The notes under the pieces: model-generated
The model's database searches: none
What the model saw: the letters and a program-made list of their open reading frames with translations, nothing else
What the model was told of the DNA's origin: nothing
Shown: piece by piece, positions 37,467 to 46,345 of the stretch
Position numbering within the stretch: the first letter of the stretch is position 1
Layout: each line of letters opens with the position of its first letter
Translations under genes and position numbers: made by a program
Origin: an uncultured virus (IMG/VR IMGVR_UViG_2931768940_000002)
Lineage: Duplodnaviria > Heunggongvirae > Uroviricota > Caudoviricetes
Direction: 5' to 3' (one strand)
Length of the DNA stretch: 64,000 nt
Virus record (IMG/VR): IMGVR_UViG_2931768940_000002

Positions 37467-38167
37467 GCCGCAACCCCGGCGTCTTCCCGCAGCACGGCGT
37501 CTTGCTGTTCCCGGAGTTGCTTCCACTCCCCCAGCGTCTCCCACCGTGCCCCGCACTGTCCGCACCGAACCCGGTGGCTGCTGGCGGTGGCGGTGAGGTC
37601 CGCCCGGCAGAGACCGTCGTCGGTACGGACGGGGCAGTGGCCGATCTTGACCCGGCCGGGCCGGTGCTCGTTCGCGGCGACGGCGACGCATTCGGCGTGG
37701 AGCTTGCGGATGTCGTCGATGTCCTGGCTGACGGAGTCGTAGGAGTCGACGGCCCACGGCAGGTTGTTGACCAGGAACTCGATGTGCTTGGGAACGGCTT
37801 GCGCCGGGCTCCCCCGCCATGGAGCGACGGTCCATCCGAGGGCGGCCCGCCACGCGTCTTCGATGTCGCGGAGCCGGGTTGCAACTCCCCCGTTGGCGGT
37901 GAGGGCGAGGACTTCGAGCCGGGGCGGGATGGGCGGGGTCTTGGATCCGCTGGTCGTTCCGCCGCCGCGGGTGGCCCCGCGCATGAGGGTTGCGGTCTCG
38001 CTGAGCCGGCGGAAAAGGGGCCCGAGCTCTGCGAGTCGTTTCGCTGTCTGGTCTTCGCAGGGGCGGCAGGCCAGCCGGCCAGCTTCGGCAACCCAGAGTT
38101 GGCGCCCGCAGTTCGGTGCTATGCAGGTAGGCCACTCGTAAGCCTGATCGTCAACGGGGTTGTGCAC
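37463..38167 (-). CDS. Zn-binding putative late-gene regulator
   Basis: CxxC clusters at both ends (CIAPNC, CRPC, CP...C, CGQC); position at the early/late boundary. Confidence 0.6.
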   Translation of the reverse strand: MHNPVDDQAYEWPTCIAPNCGRQLWVAEAGRLACRPCEDQTAKRLAELGPLFRRLSETATLMRGATRGGGTTSGSKTPPIPPRLEVLALTANGGVATRLRDIEDAWRAALGWTVAPWRGSPAQAVPKHIEFLVNNLPWAVDSYDSVSQDIDDIRKLHAECVAVAANEHRPGRVKIGHCPVRTDDGLCRADLTATASSHRVRCGQCGARWETLGEWKQLREQQDAVLREDAGVAA

Positions 38168-38331
38168 AGCTGGCTCCTCGGTGGTGGTACGAGAGCAAGG
38201 GGTGTCTCGGCCATTGTGCATAGGGGTGTCGACAACCCCGGATCGATATGCAGTGACACGCCACCGGCCCGCCCTGGCGCTGAGGGCGGGCCCGGCAACT
38301 GCGGGGGCGAAAGTGTCGGACTGCTTGGCGT

Positions 38332-38514
38332 TTACGTGGTCGGCTCGGGGGTGCAGGCGGGACAGTGGTCGGTGCCGTCGCCGCCCATGTCCCATCCGGC
38401 GTGGGTGGCGATGTCGATGGCTTCCGCCTCGTCGTCGGTGCTGGTGTTCAGGGATGCCTGGCAGAGTCCAGTGGGGCCGGATCGGTCGCAGCGGACGGTC
38501 AGGTGAAGGCTCAT
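38332..38514 (-). CDS. Small Cys-rich hypothetical protein
   Basis: VRCD...C...AGW...DHCPAC. Confidence 0.5.
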   Translation of the reverse strand: MSLHLTVRCDRSGPTGLCQASLNTSTDDEAEAIDIATHAGWDMGGDGTDHCPACTPEPTT

Positions 38515-38602
38515 CGGGTGGGCTCCTTGCGGTGGGTGTGGGTGATGGTGGCGGCAAGGACACGCAGGACGGGGACGGCCGCAGCGGCGAGCAGCAGGTA
38601 GG

Positions 38603-39190
38603 TCACGGGGTGCCCTCGTTGCCTTGTCGGTCGCGGAGCATCCGGCGGGCCGCCTCAGCGCCCGGACGCAGGTCGCGGGGAGCGGGGGCCGGGTAGTACT
38701 CCTCGTAGGTTCGGCCCGCCCCGTCCACGTCAGGCTCGGTGGCGTCGGCGAGCGTCGCCTCCAGCTCGGCGACTCGGTTGATCAGCCAGTCGACTGCCGG
38801 GGTCAGTGTCTCGCCCAGCTCGAACGGCACCTTGCTGGCCTCTCCATTCGGAGAGAGCGACCCGCGCATGCTCAGGGCGTCGTTCTGGAGCGCGACGAGG
38901 CGAACACGGCGACGCTCCCGCTGTGCCTCCAGCTGGGCCGCCTGGGCACGCAGCCGGGCGTTCTCGGTCTCGGCGTCCAGTAGGCGCTTCAGCACCGGGG
39001 CCGCCCGCTCGCCCATGTACGAGGTGAGGTTCATGCAGTACAGGTCCTCCCACGACGGGTGCTCGTGGTTCCGGACGCTCGCGACCGACTCGGCGAAGGT
39101 GCCGATTAGGGCGTCCGTTGCGGGCTGGACGTCGCCGATCTGCACGGCGATCGCCTTGCGCTGCTCTGGCGTCATCGGGGTGGTGGTCAT
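38603..39190 (-). CDS. Hypothetical coiled-coil protein
   Basis: MTTTPMTPEQ start after GAAGG; RVAELE repeats. Confidence 0.55.
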   Translation of the reverse strand: MTTTPMTPEQRKAIAVQIGDVQPATDALIGTFAESVASVRNHEHPSWEDLYCMNLTSYMGERAAPVLKRLLDAETENARLRAQAAQLEAQRERRRVRLVALQNDALSMRGSLSPNGEASKVPFELGETLTPAVDWLINRVAELEATLADATEPDVDGAGRTYEEYYPAPAPRDLRPGAEAARRMLRDRQGNEGTP

Positions 39191-39365
39191 GGTGTGTCCT
39201 TCCGGGTGTTGAGATGGGCTTCGCGGCGGGCTTGCATGCGGTCCTTGATCTGGGCCTGGGTTGGCGCGGTCCACTGGTGCCAGCCAATGGGGGGCTTCCA
39301 CCGCTGCATGTGCTCGGACGGGGTGATCCCGCAGTGCTGGCAGCCGCCTGGGGGCGTGGGCTCGG

Positions 39366-39749
39366 CTACCACGGTTCGGCACCCCACCGACCGGGCTTCG
39401 ACCTCGTGGGCGGGGTGAGCCCCCACCGGATCCGGTCCAGGCGCCACTGCACCCGAAGCCACGGGGCGCACCCAGTGGTGAGGCAGTCCGCGCAAAGGGG
39501 GACGCCTTCCTCTCCGTCGCTGTAGGCCACCAACCTGGTCGCTGCGTGGTAGACGGGTTCCACGGTCAGCCGGCGCTCGCGGCGGGCGCGCATGCGGGCG
39601 AGGATCTGGGCGGTGGTGGGCTCGACCCAGAAGTGCATGCCCTGGGAGCGGACGTAGCTGCTCCCGTGGTGGTGGCGGTCTGTGCCGCACCACCGGCAGC
39701 TGTACGGGTTCGGGGCGGCACGGTGCCGGATACGGGTGCCAGCGGGCAC
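39366..39749 (-). CDS. Small Cys/His-rich hypothetical protein
   Basis: CRWCG...H...EPTTAQILARMRARR; a similar motif recurs in the next ORF (APTQAQIKDRMQARR). Confidence 0.5.
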   Translation of the reverse strand: MPAGTRIRHRAAPNPYSCRWCGTDRHHHGSSYVRSQGMHFWVEPTTAQILARMRARRERRLTVEPVYHAATRLVAYSDGEEGVPLCADCLTTGCAPWLRVQWRLDRIRWGLTPPTRSKPGRWGAEPW

Positions 39750-40016
39750 GGCGGGGCCTTTCGGTGTGGTGGTGGGGCCGCGGTCCCGTGAGGGTCAGGA
39801 CCGCGGCCAGGCGGGGCAGGGAGTGTCAGGCGGTGCGCAGGTTGCGCTTCCAGGCGTTGCGCTCGCTGCGCTTGACCTGCCGGCGGGATGCCTTGCGGGT
39901 CTTGCCGGGGGCCTGACCGCAGCAGTGGCAGTCCCGTCCTCCGGGGCCATCGGGGCAGGTGCGGCCGATCATGCGGGCCATGAGTTCCTCCGGGGTTGTG
40001 TCGGTGGGGCCGGCGA

Positions 40017-40235
40017 TCAGGCTGCGGCCTGGTTGGCGAGGTAGGTGCGGTGCCACTCCTGGGCGGCGTCCAGCCAGTCATCACTGTCGGCGTACTCCGG
40101 GGCGTTGGTCGCCCACAGCTGGTACGCGGCGGTAAGCCGCGGGGCCCTGTACTCGGTCAGGCCGAACATTTCGATGAGGTCCTGCCACGACTGTCGGACG
40201 GTGGCGTAGTTGGCCTGGGTGTAGCGGTTGGCCAT
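40017..40235 (-). CDS. Hypothetical protein
   Basis: GAAGG ribosome-binding site; co-oriented. Confidence 0.55.
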   Translation of the reverse strand: MANRYTQANYATVRQSWQDLIEMFGLTEYRAPRLTAAYQLWATNAPEYADSDDWLDAAQEWHRTYLANQAAA

Positions 40236-40289
40236 GAAAGTCCTTCCGGAGGCGGTGCGGGTAGTTGTCTGCTGCGCCGTGAAGTTGGT

Positions 40290-40685
40290 TCAGGCAGCCT
40301 CCGTGTACGCGGCCTGGAAGAACGCGGGCTGGGCGAGGAACGCGGTCTGCTTGTACGTGGCGAGCCCGATGTACAGCGACAGATCGAAGGGGCTGTACGC
40401 GGCGACGTGGATCCACTTGCCGGTGGTGCGGTGCTGGGCCCAAACCATGACCGGGGGGCGGTCGTTCGCGGCGATGTATGCCTTCTTGACGTGCCGGCCG
40501 TACCAGGACTTGAAGCCGTCCTTGAGGTCGTCTGCGCCGAGCCGCTCCAGGAGGTCGCCGGTGCGAATGAGGGTGCCCGTGTCGACGGCGACGGCGATGT
40601 CACCGGAGAGGCACCGGTAGCGGAGGGCCTTGACCATGTGGCGGGCGGCGCGGTGGGTGCGGGCGATGTGGCGGGCGGCGTTCAT
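40290..40685 (-). CDS. Hypothetical protein, first gene of a leftward operon
   Basis: GAGGGGG ribosome-binding site; downstream of the TTGCGG-18-TAAGGT promoter. Confidence 0.6.
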   Translation of the reverse strand: MNAARHIARTHRAARHMVKALRYRCLSGDIAVAVDTGTLIRTGDLLERLGADDLKDGFKSWYGRHVKKAYIAANDRPPVMVWAQHRTTGKWIHVAAYSPFDLSLYIGLATYKQTAFLAQPAFFQAAYTEAA

Positions 40686-40721
40686 GTGGGTCCCCCTCGG
40701 GTGGCTCGACCCCTTGCTCGG

Positions 40722-40826
40722 GGTGTAGCTACACCTTAGACTCGGGTGTAGCTACACCGCAAGCTCTTCACTCAAGAATCTGTAGCTACACCCGAGAGGA
40801 CACGAGATGACGCAGGTAGCTACACC
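40722..40826. promoter_or_regulatory. Four palindromic operators (GGTGTAGCTACACC) over divergent promoters
   Basis: Copies at 40722, 40745, 40781 and 40816; leftward TTGCGG-18-TAAGGT and rightward TACGGT. Confidence 0.8.
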
Positions 40827-40842
40827 TGGATACGGTCAGGGC

Positions 40843-41070
40843 ATGTCGCCGAACATGCCCAAGACCCCGCCCCGCCAGATCCGCATCGGCGATACCTGGT
40901 ACGACTTCGACGCCGCAGCCAAGGCCATGGGAACCGAGCGCGCAGCTGTGATCCGCGAGCTCATCGACTGGTACATCCGCGAACCTGGGGCCAAGCTGCC
41001 GGAGCGCCCGAACCGGAGCATCGTCGAAGCCGCACGTGTGGTGCGAAGGAACGAAGAGGACACCGCGTGA
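40843..41070 (+). CDS. Ribbon-helix-helix repressor (leaderless)
   Basis: KTPPRQIRI...ERAAVIRELIDWY...KLPERP; TACGGT 6 nt upstream. Confidence 0.72.
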   Translation: MSPNMPKTPPRQIRIGDTWYDFDAAAKAMGTERAAVIRELIDWYIREPGAKLPERPNRSIVEAARVVRRNEEDTA

Positions 41071-41648
41071 CTGGCCCAATCGATCCCCGCCGCCTCACCA
41101 CCCTCTACCGACTGTTCGACGGCGATGACCAACTGCTGTACGTCGGCACGTCAGTCGACCCGCAGAACCGTTGGGAGCAGCACGCCCGGGAAAAGCTCTG
41201 GTGGTCAGCGGTGGCGCGGGCCACCGTCGAGTGGCACCCCGATCGCACGTCCGCGATGGCCGCCGAGCGTGCCGCCATCAAAGCTGAGGAGCCCCTGCAC
41301 AACGACAAAGCCACGCCTGACGAAGCCGTATTCCCCTATCGGGGGGCCCGGGGGCCGAGCGTCGACTCGCGCCTTCGCCGCGCTGTCGTCGAGCATCGCT
41401 CATCCCTCGACCGCCTCGCCGTTGCCGTGAACCGGGCCGCCTTGAGCGGGTTGGCTGTGGCAGAGATCGCCGAGACAGCCGGGCTGGACGAGGGGGACGT
41501 GTCGTATCTGGCCAAGCGAATGGAAGACGGTGGCGGATCAAGCGCCCTCGCCAAGCACACGCCCTACAGCCGAGAGTGGGCGAGGAAGATCGCCGACCGC
41601 ATCGACAAGGAGCGAGCCGCCAAGCAGGCCGAGGTGGAGCAGGCGTGA
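41067..41648 (+). CDS. GIY-YIG nuclease-like domain plus HTH
   Basis: LYRLFD...LLYVG...R..QH...AE..AI..E.PLHN; C-terminal EIAETAGL HTH. Confidence 0.7.
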   Translation: MTGPIDPRRLTTLYRLFDGDDQLLYVGTSVDPQNRWEQHAREKLWWSAVARATVEWHPDRTSAMAAERAAIKAEEPLHNDKATPDEAVFPYRGARGPSVDSRLRRAVVEHRSSLDRLAVAVNRAALSGLAVAEIAETAGLDEGDVSYLAKRMEDGGGSSALAKHTPYSREWARKIADRIDKERAAKQAEVEQA

Positions 41649-42172
41649 AAAACGTCAACGAGGTGGACGCCCTCGCCGCAGCCGCGCACGCCGGCCAGTT
41701 CGACAAGATCGGCGTGCCGTACATCGAGCACGTCCGCTCCGTGGCCGCCGGGCTCGCCCCGTTCGGTGATCACCTGGTGATGGCAGGGCTGCTGCACGAC
41801 GTCATCGAGGACACCGACTGGACTGCCGAGCAGCTGCGCAAGGCGGGCGTCCCGTATTACGTGGTCGCTCTCGTCGTGGCCGTCACGAATGAGCGGGGCA
41901 TCCCCTACGAGACGAAGGTGGCTCGCATCACGGGGCGCGGGCGTGACGCGGTGCTGCTGAAGGTCGCGGACAACGCGCACAACAGCCGTCCTGACCGGGC
42001 CGCGCAGCTTCCTGAAGAGAAGCGGACGCGGCTCGCCGCGAAGTACCGGACGGCCCGGGACATCCTCTGGCCCGCCGTCGAGGACCGGGACATCGAGACC
42101 ATCGTCAGGATCGTCAACCCGTCGCTGCTCGACGAACTCCGCGAGCGGCAGAACCCCGGGAGCCCCTCATGA
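41645..42172 (+). CDS. HD-domain small alarmone hydrolase-like protein (RelA/SpoT hydrolase, Mesh1-like)
   Basis: AHAGQFDKIGVPYIEH, LLHDVIEDT, KVADNAHN. Confidence 0.82.
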   Translation: MKNVNEVDALAAAAHAGQFDKIGVPYIEHVRSVAAGLAPFGDHLVMAGLLHDVIEDTDWTAEQLRKAGVPYYVVALVVAVTNERGIPYETKVARITGRGRDAVLLKVADNAHNSRPDRAAQLPEEKRTRLAAKYRTARDILWPAVEDRDIETIVRIVNPSLLDELRERQNPGSPS

Positions 42173-42576
42173 GCGACGCCTTGGTGGCCTTCCTCAAGAC
42201 CCGACTCGACGAGGACGAGCGGGTGGCGCGGGCCTGCGCGGGCGATGGGACGTGGACCGTCGAGGGCCTGGAGGTCTACGGGCCCGACCTGTCCGGCGAG
42301 GTTCGGGCCCACGCCGCCCGCCAGGACCCAGCCCGCACCCTGCGGGAGGTCGAGGCGAAGCGTGCCCTCCTCGCGGAGTATGGCGCGGCCGTAGCTGCAC
42401 GCGAGGAGGCGTCGACCGTGCTACAGAAGACGCGTGCCAGTGGATGGGATCCGATCATGGCCGAGCTCGAGGAGGCGTCCGCCATTCATAAGCGGGACGC
42501 ACTCCTTGGGGTGCTGCGCCTGCTCGCTACCGTGTACACCGACCACCCGGACTATCTGCCGGAGTGGCGGCCATGA
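42169..42576 (+). CDS. DUF6221-like protein
   Basis: LVAFLKTRLDEDE...DPARTLREVEAKR...YTDHPDYLPEWRP. Confidence 0.78.
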   Translation: MSDALVAFLKTRLDEDERVARACAGDGTWTVEGLEVYGPDLSGEVRAHAARQDPARTLREVEAKRALLAEYGAAVAAREEASTVLQKTRASGWDPIMAELEEASAIHKRDALLGVLRLLATVYTDHPDYLPEWRP

Positions 42577-42821
42577 CGCCGGACGAGGAGGCCCGATTCT
42601 TCGCGCAGATCATCGGTGACGCCCGGCGCACCATCCTGTGCGAACCACACCGGGTCGACGAGATCCAGGATGTCGTTGAACGACTCGGCATGGCGGGCAT
42701 CCTGACAGTGAAGGCCAGCCAGGTATGCCCAGAGGGGAAGCTGCTGGTGCTCGACGAGCAGGCCATGGAAGCGACGTTCCGGCAGGCCGCGTCAAGGCTG
42801 ATCCGGTTCCGTATGGGGTAG
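42573..42821 (+). CDS. Hypothetical protein
   Basis: ATGA overlap with the upstream gene. Confidence 0.55.
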   Translation: MTPDEEARFFAQIIGDARRTILCEPHRVDEIQDVVERLGMAGILTVKASQVCPEGKLLVLDEQAMEATFRQAASRLIRFRMG

Positions 42822-42874
42822 CGCTTCACCGGTTCGACCACCAGCACCCCTACTCCCCCGCCAGACTGTCCCTC

Positions 42875-43060
42875 ATGGCGAGGTTCACGGTTCACGGCAA
42901 GTCGCAGGCGGAGTGCCAGCGGGCGTTGGATGAGCTGTGCCTGCGTCTCGATGCTGCTGTGACGCTCCTCCCGACGGACCGGCTGGGTGGCAGCTGGATT
43001 GCGCGTGCTGAACGTGTCGAAGCCCCGGACCGGGCGGTCCGGGGCTTCGCTGTGCGGTGA
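42875..43060 (+). CDS. Small leaderless hypothetical protein
   Basis: CAGACT 7 nt before ATG. Confidence 0.45.
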   Translation: MARFTVHGKSQAECQRALDELCLRLDAAVTLLPTDRLGGSWIARAERVEAPDRAVRGFAVR

Positions 43061-43621
43061 CTAGCTGCGGGGCTTGAGGGGTTCGCAGCCGCTGATGCTA
43101 ACGACGCCGTCGGCCTTCTCGAGGGTGATGATGATGCGTTCGTCGGCGTTGGACGTTTTGATCTTCGGCATGGTGGTGTCGCCGGTGGGTTCGGTGGTGA
43201 TGGTGCAGAGCTCGAAGATGCCCTTCTCGGCACCGTTGCTGGTGTAGGTGCCGGCGGGGATGTCTTCGCCGACGATGTAGTCGCCGGACGGGTACTCGGT
43301 GGTCTTCTTCGGCTCGGCCGGCTTCGGCTTCTCGGGTGCCTTCTCTGCAGGCTTGGCGGGTGTGTCTGCCGCGGATTCGCTGGGCGACGCGGTGACTTCG
43401 AGGACCGAAGCGTTGTCTTCCGACTGGCTGGAGTCGTCGCTGACGGCGAACCCGATGATGAGCAGGAGGAGGAAGAGTCCGCCGAGGACGCTGCCGATGA
43501 CGATGGCGACGATGGCGCCACCGGACATTTTCTTCTTCGGGGGCGGCGGGTAGCCGGTGCCGCCGGGGTAGGTCTGGTGCGGCTGGCCGTAGGGCTGCTG
43601 CGGCGGGTACTGGTTACTCAT
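43061..43621 (-). CDS. Membrane-anchored extracellular protein
   Basis: PQQPYG-rich N-terminus, TM helix, G.YIVGEDIPAGTY domain. Confidence 0.7.
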   Translation of the reverse strand: MSNQYPPQQPYGQPHQTYPGGTGYPPPPKKKMSGGAIVAIVIGSVLGGLFLLLLIIGFAVSDDSSQSEDNASVLEVTASPSESAADTPAKPAEKAPEKPKPAEPKKTTEYPSGDYIVGEDIPAGTYTSNGAEKGIFELCTITTEPTGDTTMPKIKTSNADERIIITLEKADGVVSISGCEPLKPRS

Positions 43622-43704
43622 GGTCCCCCCAGGGATCGTGCGTGAGATCGGGATGGTGTTGCTCGCAGTGCAGCCTCTGATTGAGTTTTGCACTGCATCA
43701 CGGG

Positions 43705-44259
43705 TTAGCCGAGAGTGGCCGCGAATTCGCCCTTTTCGGCTTCTCGCGCCGCTACCTTGATGTTCCCGCGGTGTGACACCTCGACCTGGTAGAACTTTTC
43801 GCCCTTTGGCACGTCGTCGACGGACACCTTGAAGAGGCAGAGTCCTGCGGCGTAGGTCGACTTGCCCAGGTTGCCGGTTGCCACCACGTCCCCTGCTGCG
43901 TCGTAGACGGTGACGGAGGTTCCCTCGGCGATGTCGTCGAAGCCACCGCTTCCCAGGCATCCGCCGTCATCCGATTTGAGGGCCCCGTCCGTGAGGGTGA
44001 AGGTGCCCTTCAGGGTGAACATGGGTGGCGCTTCAGGGGTTCTGTTCGCGGTGTAGGCCCAGATTCCGCCGACGAGCCCAGCTCCGACTGCGAGACCGAG
44101 TAGGCCAGCGACGAGCGGGTTGGTGCGCTTCCCGGGTGCCGCGACGGGTGCCGCGACGGGCGGCTCGGCGGGGGGCGGAGGGGGTGTCATGGAGAGGCTT
44201 GGAGCGACTTCGGCGGGCGTCGGGCGTTCGGCTGGTGGCGGTGGAGTTTCGGTGGTCAT
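43705..44259 (-). CDS. Membrane-anchored extracellular protein
   Basis: Pro-rich N-terminus, TM helix, C.GSGGFDDIAEGT.VTV...C.F...FYQVEVSHRG. Confidence 0.7.
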   Translation of the reverse strand: MTTETPPPPAERPTPAEVAPSLSMTPPPPPAEPPVAAPVAAPGKRTNPLVAGLLGLAVGAGLVGGIWAYTANRTPEAPPMFTLKGTFTLTDGALKSDDGGCLGSGGFDDIAEGTSVTVYDAAGDVVATGNLGKSTYAAGLCLFKVSVDDVPKGEKFYQVEVSHRGNIKVAAREAEKGEFAATLG

Positions 44260-44407
44260 GGTCCCCCCTGGGATCTATGTGAGAGCGGGATCGTATACGC
44301 GATTTGGTGCAGGTGCGGCATGAGCTCATGAACTGGCCGATCGCGGAATAGCGCGCGCGACAGCGGCCCCCGGCCTTGTGGTCGAGGGCCGCGGCGGGAA
44401 GTGGCGG

Positions 44408-44872
44408 TCAGAGATTCGTCGTGGATCGCCCGAATCCGCGGACGTGATTGTGGACCTCGGTGTGATGGCTCGTCGTGGCGCCCCCGCGACCGAGCGCCGG
44501 GACCTTCGTGGCGAGGAGCAGGAGGGCGATGGCTGCGATGCCCGCGGCGCCGCCCATGGTGGCGATCCCGGCGAAGGCCTGGCCGATGCCCCAGCCGACG
44601 CCGGCTCCGGCTGCTCCGGCACCGATGCCTGCTCCGGCCATGCGGGCGGCGAGCGGGTCGATGAGCGGGAGGGGGGTGAGGTCGCGGGGCTGCATGGCGG
44701 CCATGGGTCCAGGGGCCTGGGATTTCCGCATGGGCACCATCTCCCCGTAGGCGTTGGGTACGTAGACGATCGGCTCGCGTTCTCCGTAGAGCTCGACGTG
44801 GGCGGGCTGGGTGTAGGTGGACAGGGACTGCCCGACCTGGGCGTGCTGCTGGTACGGCTCGGGCAGCTGCAT
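44408..44872 (-). CDS. Membrane protein, possibly Spd-like
   Basis: Gly/Ala TM segments and a His-rich C-terminus; downstream of the TraB-like gene. Confidence 0.5.
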   Translation of the reverse strand: MQLPEPYQQHAQVGQSLSTYTQPAHVELYGEREPIVYVPNAYGEMVPMRKSQAPGPMAAMQPRDLTPLPLIDPLAARMAGAGIGAGAAGAGVGWGIGQAFAGIATMGGAAGIAAIALLLLATKVPALGRGGATTSHHTEVHNHVRGFGRSTTNL

Positions 44873-45022
44873 GACGGTGGTCTCCTTAGCTGGCGCGGAC
44901 TTTGGGGCGGCGGGTGATGCGCTGGATGGCGGGTGTTCCCTGGCCGCTCTCGGGGTTCCAGCGGCCGGGGCCGGAGCCGGACGGGTTGACGGGGCCGGTG
45001 GTGCCGCGGCCGGTGTCGGGCA

Positions 45023-45226
45023 TCAGCCCTCCCTGTTGCGGCGGGTGGTGGTGCGCCGCCATCCGAGGGGGCCGGGGAGGTCGAGGGATGTGGTGCGGCG
45101 GCCGGTGGAGCTGATCGTGTGGTGGGGGCCGTTGCCGGCGCCCAACGTGATGGACCAGGACCGGCGGTTGATGTTCAACCGGACTCCGGGGAGGATCCGG
45201 AAGCTCTTGCGGAAGGTCAGTGGCAT
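45023..45226 (-). CDS. DUF4236-like protein
   Basis: FRKSFRILPGVRLNINRRSWSITLG. Confidence 0.72.
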   Translation of the reverse strand: MPLTFRKSFRILPGVRLNINRRSWSITLGAGNGPHHTISSTGRRTTSLDLPGPLGWRRTTTRRNREG

Positions 45227-45247
45227 GTAGGGCTCCTAGGTGGTGGG

Positions 45248-46138
45248 TTACTTCTTGCGCAGCGAGTAGCGGACGAGGACGACGTCGTCGACGGGGATGC
45301 CGCATTCCTTGGCGTGGATGTTGCGGAGTCCGTCAAGGAGTTGGCCGACGGTGGCCCCGGGCGGGGGTGTGTAGCTGCCGGTGCGGTCTTTGGCGGGGTT
45401 CGATCCGGCCTTGGCGGGGCCGAGGGTGAGGGTGGCGCTCCACGCGTATTCGCCCTCGGGGAGGGGGGTGGTGGGGTCGTTGAAGTCGAGGCTGCTCGCG
45501 TCGCTCATGATTCCGTCCTCTGTGGTGGGCTGGCTTGTCTTTCTGCTGCTGGCGGGCTTGCGGCGAGGGGTGCGTGTCTGCGGCTCGGCCGGTGTGGTGG
45601 CTGTGGCGTCGGCGCCTTGCCCGTACCAGGCGCCGCCGACGCTCTTGCCGCCGTGCTTCTGCTTCTCGTGCTCGCGGAGGGCTTTGGTGGCTTCCTTGGC
45701 GTCGCGGAACTTAGGCTTCTCCTTCTTGCCGCAGGGGCAGGTCCAGCCGACGAGGCCGGTGCGCTTGTCGGGGCTGAATCGGGCGGCCATGGCGACCTTG
45801 ATGCGGCCGGCCTTGGCTTTGGTGGGCTTGGCGGGGCAGGGTTTGGATCCGCTGAATGCGCCGGTCTTCTTGTCCTTGGTGAAGATCTGGCCGTTGCCGT
45901 GGCAGGTGGGGCAGCCTTCGTGGGTCATGCGGAGGATCGCGGCGTCCTTGCGGGACATGACGGTGCTCTTGTGGGCGTCCATCTGGGCGGCGGCCTGGAG
46001 GGCGAACCACATGCCCACTCGGGCGGCCAGCGGGACGTTCTTGGGGACCTTGAGGCCTTTGCCGACGCGGGCGCGCGGGACAGGCTTCCGGCGGCGGGTA
46101 GCCGGCTTCCGGGTGGCGGTGGTCGTCTTCGCGGTCAT
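45248..46138 (-). CDS. Basic Zn-finger protein
   Basis: CPTCHGNG, CPCG...HEKQKH; possible internal start at MSDASS. Confidence 0.6.
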   Translation of the reverse strand: MTAKTTTATRKPATRRRKPVPRARVGKGLKVPKNVPLAARVGMWFALQAAAQMDAHKSTVMSRKDAAILRMTHEGCPTCHGNGQIFTKDKKTGAFSGSKPCPAKPTKAKAGRIKVAMAARFSPDKRTGLVGWTCPCGKKEKPKFRDAKEATKALREHEKQKHGGKSVGGAWYGQGADATATTPAEPQTRTPRRKPASSRKTSQPTTEDGIMSDASSLDFNDPTTPLPEGEYAWSATLTLGPAKAGSNPAKDRTGSYTPPPGATVGQLLDGLRNIHAKECGIPVDDVVLVRYSLRKK

Positions 46139-46185
46139 GGTCGGCGGATCCTTCCGGGTGATCAGTTTGTGGCGGTATGCGAGGT

Positions 46186-46335
46186 GCTCAAAGGGTGCTC
46201 AGCCCTGCTCCGCCGCAGGTCAGGGCCGCTCAGCCGAGTGCTCAGGGGGTGCTCACGGTTTCGTTGAGCAGGCGGCTGAGCAGGCTCTTGAGCGGCTGTG
46301 ACCTGCGGTTGAGCAGTCGTGAGCACCCCTTGAGC
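46186..46335. repeat. Inverted array of 7+7 phased GCTCA/TGAGC repeats (clt-like)
   Basis: GCTCA-like at 46186, 46197, 46207, 46218, 46228, 46240, 46251; TGAGC-like at 46265, 46277, 46289, 46299, 46310, 46320, 46331. Confidence 0.85.
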
Positions 46336-46345
46336 GGGGGGCAAA

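Noticed and set aside
46186..46335. CRISPR array
   Set aside because: Units are 5-7 bp with about 11-bp period and inverted symmetry; no spacers and no cas genes
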